NCBI GenBank assembly: GCA_964016885.1
Contig: OZ024743.1
Coordinates: 123,070,001 to 123,134,000, forward strand
Source of the DNA: Eledone cirrhosa
Lineage: Eukaryota
Length of the DNA: 64,000 nucleotides
Direction of reading: 5' to 3'
The position numbers were made by a program, and so were the translations under genes. Position 1 is the first letter of the stretch. The number at the start of each line of letters is the position of its first letter. This document shows positions 56,025 to 64,000 of this stretch, piece by piece. The notes below the pieces were generated by a model. That model saw only the letters and a program-made list of their open reading frames with translations, did not search any database and had not been told where the DNA came from.

Positions 56025-56828
56025 CGAGGTGCGTCAGAAAAGTTCCAGGACTGATGTCACAAAAGATTTATTTGAAACCCAAACTTCACACTAAGAGTTT
56101 TCTCCTTCAAAGTAATCCCCCTTGAGTATGTAACTGTAATCTTATCTCTCTGCAGCGATCAAACTTTTTTATTCATAATTTTATATACATATCCTCTGTT
56201 TGGGATTGCTGCAGCAAGTGTATGGAGATGAGACGATGTCACGCTCACGTGTTTTTGAGTGGTGCAAGATGACCCCAGGAGCGGAAGGCCCTCAACAACC
56301 AGGACTGAGGTCAACGTTGAGCGCGTCAGGCAGATGGTGCGTAGCGATCGTCGGCTGACTGTTCGACTGATGGCAAATCAGCTGGGCATAAATCGGGACA
56401 GCGTCTGGAAGATTCTCACTGAAGATTTGGACATGCGAAAAGTCTGCGCGAAGATGGTGCCAAAACTGCTGAACGATGACCAGAAGGGTCGACGCATGCA
56501 AGTGTGCCAGGACATCCTCGTGCATCTTGACACCGAACCAGACTTGCTAGGGACAGTCATCACAGGTTATGAGACATGGATCTTCGAGTACGACCCGGAG
56601 GGGACCAGTTTTGAAGACGTGGACGACATCAAAAAGGCCATGTCGACGGAACTGCGGAGGATCCCGGAAGAATCCTTCCAGGAGTGCATGCAAGCGTGGC
56701 AGAAAAGGATGGAAAAGTGCATTAGACTCCAGGGGGATTACTTTGAAGGAGAAAACTCTTAGTGTGAAGTTTGGGTTTGAAATACATCTTTTGTGACAGC
56801 AGTCCTGGAACGTTTCTGACACACCTCG
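56025..56828 (+). mobile_element. Internally deleted mariner transposon with ~103-bp TIRs and TA TSD
   Basis: ORF 56259-56762: DDPRSGRPST, RKVCAKMVPKLL, ITG.ETW..YDPE fused to the C-terminal GDYFEG. TIRs 56025-56127 / 56726-56828. Confidence 0.92.
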
Positions 56829-56875
56829 TATATGTATTACATACATACATTTATACACACACACACGCACACACA

Positions 56876-57063
<188 letters not shown>

Positions 57064-58506
57064 TGTACGTTGTCACTTGATTTGATGTCAAGACTATATG
57101 ATGATTAAACGTTAATTATATCCGCCGCTTAACCGTTTAACATTTAAGCTATATATGTAAAACAATAGGATCTTTTACTCAATTAAATATAAGTCTAAAT
57201 AATAAATTTGCATAATACAATTATCGACACTGTAAATGGACCCACACAAATGACACTTTAAGATAATATATATTAAATATATAAAACGGGGTTTGATTTT
57301 CATATGTAATTATATTTAATCTAACTAAAACAAATTGTTAATTGTAATGCTGCATCGTAAGATTTGTTACGATGAGTAAATGGAAAAACATGTCAATAGC
57401 GATATGGTAACTGGAATGAAATGTGAGCTCTATAACTGTTTAAAGTGGATTCTGAGTAAAAAAGCTCACCACGTTGGGTACCTTTTCTATGAAACTACTT
57501 GCTATTCTTACCTTCTTCGATGAGGGTATCTTCAGCAAACTTATGAAATTATGAGTCAATTCATCCACTGATCATCATCATCATCATCGATAAATGACAG
57601 GGCGGTCAACTCTGTTGATATTTTGAACGACGTTCACCATGGAGACCACGTGGAGTTTTTATCAATACCTTTAAAAATACAACTAAACAGTCTGTATGAT
57701 GTGTTGTTCTTTGGGGGTACCCGCATTCATTTAACTAAGGGATTAAAAAATTGAAGGTCATTTGACTGGTCAGAAATCTTGTTGGTTGTGTGTAGTTCTT
57801 AAGTTATGCAGAATAGGATTGCTTGGATTCGACAGTTAAAATTGGCAGTAGTAATATCATAGTTATAGACAGCATGCGGGATCGATGCCAAACATAACAT
57901 TGAGGACGTTATAAACCTTACAGCCGAACAGGATATATTCTAGAAGACTAAGCTTCCACATCCCAACGGTGATTGGGTTGTTCGTGAATTTTCAGCATGA
58001 CAACTTTTCGAAACGTTATTTAATTACTGCAGTGTCAACAAAATTCCTGGAATGTGCCCGGTAGGAAGCTTACAGAATCAGGGCGGCATAAGTATTCAAC
58101 AAAGTAAATCAATGAAATAGCGTGTATTCTTATGTAGTAAAAAAAATTAAATGGGGAAAATTTACGAGATAATGTGATTCATTAAACTTATTTCAATGGC
58201 TCATACATATGATAGCGATATTATTACACATATTCCATTTTATTCAGGAAAAGTATGGTTTAAATGTTCTCAAATTAAGTGATGTATATTTCTTTGGATA
58301 TATCGATATGTCAATACTTGTTTGAAGGTGTATTTCAATTTGTTTTCTATTTTGAAATTGCATAATTCAAAAGAGTGAAATAATAATTTTTTTTTATTCA
58401 TGTATAGTCTAAATAGTAAATGATTAAATAAATAAAAATAATTAACATTTAACCATCGGTATATTCTTATCTTTAAATTAGATAATGTCACTACACACAC
58501 ACACAC

Positions 58507-58554
<48 letters not shown>

Positions 58555-58594
58555 ATATATATCTAAATACATACGTATATATGTATGTATAAGT

Positions 58595-58644
<50 letters not shown>

Positions 58645-58938
58645 GTATATATATGTATATATATATTATATTGTATTATATTGGTTGACAAAGATGTTGA
58701 GATAAGGTTAAAGAATTAAACATAATCATTAAAAATAAAATAACTTAAGAAAAATAATTCATATATATATATCTATATATATATATGTATGTATATATGA
58801 CAATTTGGTCACTTGGTGTGTCTCTAGAAGTATTTGACTTGGTTATCTAAAGGTTTATTTGTGGCGATCGAGTGCAAATATACATACTGCGTTTGAAATT
58901 CCCAAAAACTTGAAATCACTTAAGCGTTTTGATAATTC

Positions 58939-58985
<47 letters not shown>

Positions 58986-59168
58986 CGAAGGAAATGTGGT
59001 AAGGAACCAGGTGGACCATAACACAGAATTAGCCGTCTAAACGGCTTGAGCTCAGCCGTCGGGGTCCTACACGTTCCTATATATATATACCACCACCCCA
59101 CTCTCAAGAGCGTAAAATTAATAAACCTTTGTTCGTACTGCCTCTCTGTTTTGTTCCTGTTCAATTTT

Positions 59169-59340
<172 letters not shown>

Positions 59341-59342
59341 TA

Positions 59343-59385
<43 letters not shown>

Positions 59386-59426
59386 CTTATATATACATAT
59401 ATATGTATGTATTTAGATAGATATAT

Positions 59427-59472
<46 letters not shown>

Positions 59473-59482
59473 CATATATATA

Positions 59483-59575
<93 letters not shown>

Positions 59576-59702
59576 CAGACCCTCCATCTCAACTCTACTT
59601 TTGAAAAGCAGAAGAACTGCGAAACCGGTGAAGGTACCAAATAAATATATATTTCTTTTTTAAAATAAAACTCCAGTTGCATTTTCGATTTCATCTTTTT
59701 TT

Positions 59703-59755
<53 letters not shown>

Positions 59756-59804
59756 TATATATCTATCTAAATACATACATCATATATATGTATATATAAG
59801 TATA

Positions 59805-59911
<107 letters not shown>

Positions 59912-59998
59912 GCGTATATATATGAATATATATATAATATATATATATATAAAATATTATATATCTATCTAAATACATACATATATATGTATATATAA

Positions 59999-60072
<74 letters not shown>

Positions 60073-60175
60073 CGAAGGAAATGTGGTAAGAAACCAGGTG
60101 GACCATAACGCACCAATGTACTCAAAACTTAGGGTAGTAGAGTGGGTAATAGGAACGAGTAGGATCCTACTCGTT

Positions 60176-60209
<34 letters not shown>

Positions 60210-60228
60210 TACAATTTCTATACCTTTC

Positions 60229-60296
<68 letters not shown>

Positions 60297-60372
60297 TATT
60301 ATATATATATATACATATATATACGCATATACATTTATATATATATATATATATATGCGTATATATATGTAT

Positions 60373-60469
<97 letters not shown>

Positions 60470-60902
60470 GAAAGGTATAGAAATTGTTTTAGCGAGAAGC
60501 TAATAGTATTCTATAACATATATATATAATTAACATTGCACCAGTTGTTGGCGACACATGTATTTCGTTATTAAAGTTTTGTTTTTATCAATTTTAAGTA
60601 AATATCTTAATTTAGTAGCTTCGCAGCCTAGATTGTATGTCTATGACGTATGTTTTATGTATTTGTATAGACAGTTCCCTATTTTCTAAAACGAACGAAA
60701 TCGAAACAAAACAAAAACACTATTATTTGGTACAATCTGGAAACTACAAACAATTGATATTAAATATTATAAACAACAAACACTTAATATGAATTTACCT
60801 GATTGCCTAATATAGAGAAGCAAATAATTCGTCGGAATAGTAAACGCAATTATATAAACAATATTTATTACAAAACTTCATGTATATTTATTACAAAACA
60901 AA

Positions 60903-61082
60903 GGGCGGATGATTGGCAGTTGGACGTCATGCTTTGACGCATAGAGTTACGGTCCTTGCCATTCTGAGTTCAAATCCCGCCGAGGTTAACTTTGCCTTTT
61001 ATCCTTTTGGGGTCGATAAAATAAAGTACCAGTAATACACTGGGTAATTGGTGGCCTTGTGCCAAAAGTAGAAACAATTATT
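60903..61082 (+). mobile_element. SINE family 1 copy with probable 15-bp TSD tatttattacaaaac
   Basis: Matches the family sequence; direct repeat at 60885-60899 and 61079-61093. Confidence 0.85.
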
Positions 61083-61144
61083 TATTACAAAACTGCAACA
61101 TTCCTTAACCAACACCTTTACGCTGTTTTCTCTGCCCCCCCCCC

Positions 61145-61183
<39 letters not shown>

Positions 61184-61302
61184 ATATTAGTAAATGGAAA
61201 ATATCTTTATAAAACCATATTTATTTTATTAGGGTATTTTATAAGGTATCAGTATTTTGATACGCTATCGTCAGATAAAATACAATATTTGGTTTACAGA
61301 TA

Positions 61303-61488
61303 ATTGTTTCTACCTTTGGCACAAGGCCAGCAATTATCCAGTACATTACTGGTACTTTATTTTATCGACCCCGCAAGGATGAAAGGCAAAGTCAACCTCA
61401 GCGGGATTTGAACTCAGATCGAAAAGGGACGTAACTATGCTGGAAAGCATGGCGTCCGACCCTCTACCGATACTGCCAATCCACCGCC
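61303..61488 (-). mobile_element. Full-length SINE family 1 copy with 18-bp TSD, inserted into a family G HHR element (61185-61520, minus)
   Basis: atttggtttacagataat at 61287-61304 and 61489-61506. Confidence 0.92.
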
Positions 61489-61727
61489 ATTTGGTTTACA
61501 GATAATGACATATCGACATATGAAGTTAATGTTATGAGTTCAATATATATATATAGTAAGAATATTTTCGAAACAGCGAGCGAGTTGGAAATTATAAATG
61601 TAAGCTATAACCGTATTTTGACTAAAGAAATTAAAGAAAATTATTTAACCTGATAGTCGGCTTAAGAACCCTCGGTGAAATGGAAAAATATGAGTATTGT
61701 CGTTCATTGACTTACACCATGAATTCG

Positions 61728-61769
<42 letters not shown>

Positions 61770-63633
61770 TTATATGCATATCAAATTGATGGTGTAAGTC
61801 AAAGTTTAAGTTACTTATAGTCTCACACTCACAGGTTTTACTGTTGTTGATACACATCTATAAATAGTTAATTAGAAACAAAACTGTGTGCCAAGAGCAG
61901 GTCACCCTATGAAAACATTAATAACTTTAACTAGTGCCATGAATTAAGTATATACTTTTACCTCAATGTTTACATACCAAGAGCTCATTCATGCGTACTA
62001 CTAAATAAATTCATTGAGGTAATTATATATTTACCACTGTTTCAAGGGGAAATACGATGCAGAAGAATTGAATGAAACTTTCGACAAAATAAATCATGTG
62101 GTGGTCTGAATAACAATTGATCCAGACCTGTATCTACAAATATCGCATAGCTTAAATAACTTAAACTATTTATTAGAAATGCATATAAAACCTTTGACGA
62201 AATATTATATTATGATTAAAAGAAGAGAAGAGTATAACAATGAATGAATATATATTATTCAAGGAATTCTACGGCAATTACTTTATTCTTTTGATGAAGT
62301 AGAATATAGCTAAACTATAGAAACTGGTGTAAAAAGAAAAAAAAATCTATCATGTCATTAATCTAATATTGCTTACACATACATGTGGATAACTAATGGA
62401 GACAGTTAAAGGGATTTATAGAACCATAAGGATAATGACCGGCTTGAGCTAAGATTAGAAATGTAAAGAAAGTTTTCTTTTAATTGCTTCAACTAAATGG
62501 AATTCTGCAAGCCACAAAATAAAGGAAGCACGCACAGTGACGGATGTCTATTATTATATGTAATAGAACTGTTGTTACAAATTATTGATGTTAAAATAAT
62601 ACGTTAGAAAATGTGTTGAATCCTAGTTTATTTGACTCCCAACAATAATAACTAAATCTTGGGTATAACGAGATAACGAGGGTGACTCTGCGCTCGATCT
62701 GCTAGAAAAAGAAGCTAAATTTCCATCAAACCATACGCTACTGCAATAGAACAGGATATACAGTGGATAATATAGCCTTAGATACGATATGCCCGAAAAA
62801 ATATTCTATCGTCAGGATGCTTGATAATATAGTACATCTTACGTCTAAATAATATTCTCTCAAATGACAGAAGCTATCAAAATATATTCTGAAGCACAAT
62901 ATTAGTCGAAAATAGGATTTGACTACCAATGTTAAAACAGTATGTGGATTTGAGAATTACATTTGAATTAATTTTATCATATTAATCGAGTATTAATATT
63001 ATCTTAAATATGGATTGTTAAACGACAGGCGCACATGGTCTTCATGAATAATTTTTCAAGCCAATAACTTCTGTAGCTAGTTTGTTAGAGGCTAACTGAG
63101 TGAATGGATAAGCTTGTGAGTAAAGAGATTGGCATTTCGTATTTGTAGTAGTACACTTAATTACACACACTTCAGTTCACTTCGTCTGAAATACGCATCA
63201 CATTTTCTGGAAAACAATAGGGATGGGGCGTTGACTGATGCATGTAATCCATAAAGGTCAAGATAGTATATTCTTATTTGGGGCTACAGCTTTCGGAAGG
63301 TGGAAATAAGAACTTGTGATTTTTATGAATTATCAAGGACATTAGAAGCAAATGTAAAATATATTGGTCTCAATTGGGAATTGAAATTGATTCACAGTCT
63401 TGGATCGCCAAGAATGTATTATGTGTTATATGGCGTTCCGTATATATTTTTTTAATAAGTTCTTATCTTTAAAAAAAAAAAAAAATTCAATCTTGTCTAA
63501 TCAAAGAAGATAGTCAACTAAGGACCTGAAAATGAAAGTACAGATGATTCTAATGTCTTGGGGGAAATACCCAGTAGTAATTAGATGTATGTATTTATAA
63601 ATGTATGTATAGATGAATGGGTGGATGGATAGA

Positions 63634-63678
<45 letters not shown>

Positions 63679-63705
63679 ACAGACAGACCTACAGACGGAC
63701 ACAGA

Positions 63706-63868
63706 GATATGGCTGTGTGTTTAAGGAATTCGCTTCGGGAAAGCTTGGTCGTAGGTTATATCTCGTTGCGCAGCAACATCGGCAAATGTCTACTAATATA
63801 ACTTCAATTTGATCTAGGTTTTGTGAGTAGAATTCACTAGAGAGACACTGCAAATGCCCGTAGTATAT
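63706..63868 (+). mobile_element. SINE family 2, diverged copy
   Basis: tggctgtgtg.ttaag head through gcccgtagtatatatgtgtg tail. Confidence 0.55.
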
Positions 63869-64000
63869 ATGTGTGTGTGTGAGAGAGAGAATGTGAGTGG
63901 GTGTGTGAGAGAGAGAATGTGTGTGAGAGAGAAAGAGAGTGTTTGCGCGTGTTTGTGTGTGGGAACCCGTTTGTATCTCTGTCTATGTTTATGCCCTGTA

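Noticed and set aside
57490-58100. Higher-complexity, coding-like stretch
   Set aside because: No open frame or motif I can recognise.

Overview
Eukaryotic, AT-rich, microsatellite-dense DNA with no recognisable intact host gene. The SINE families and (TA)n/(CA)n density suggest a cephalopod, probably Octopus (inference). The window is a patchwork of retroelement relics: Penelope-like (PLE) RT and GIY-YIG fragments, an R4/Dong-type RLE LINE, RTE, a CR1/L2-like 5' part and an L1/Tx1 3' part. It also has tRNA-derived SINEs, a mariner derivative with long TIRs, a hAT MITE and a near-identical ~4 kb tandem duplication. The strongest hidden signal is roughly 15-20 type I hammerhead ribozyme (HHR) motifs from about 10 sequence families, several with intact CUGANGA/GAAA/NUH cores and all three stems. 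They sit in short fold-back (inverted-repeat) cassettes inserted almost only into (TA)n runs. One family connects by sequence to a GIY-YIG Penelope ORF in the window. I interpret this as a PLE-derived, microsatellite-associated set of hammerhead hairpin mini-elements. All folds and alignments were done by eye.
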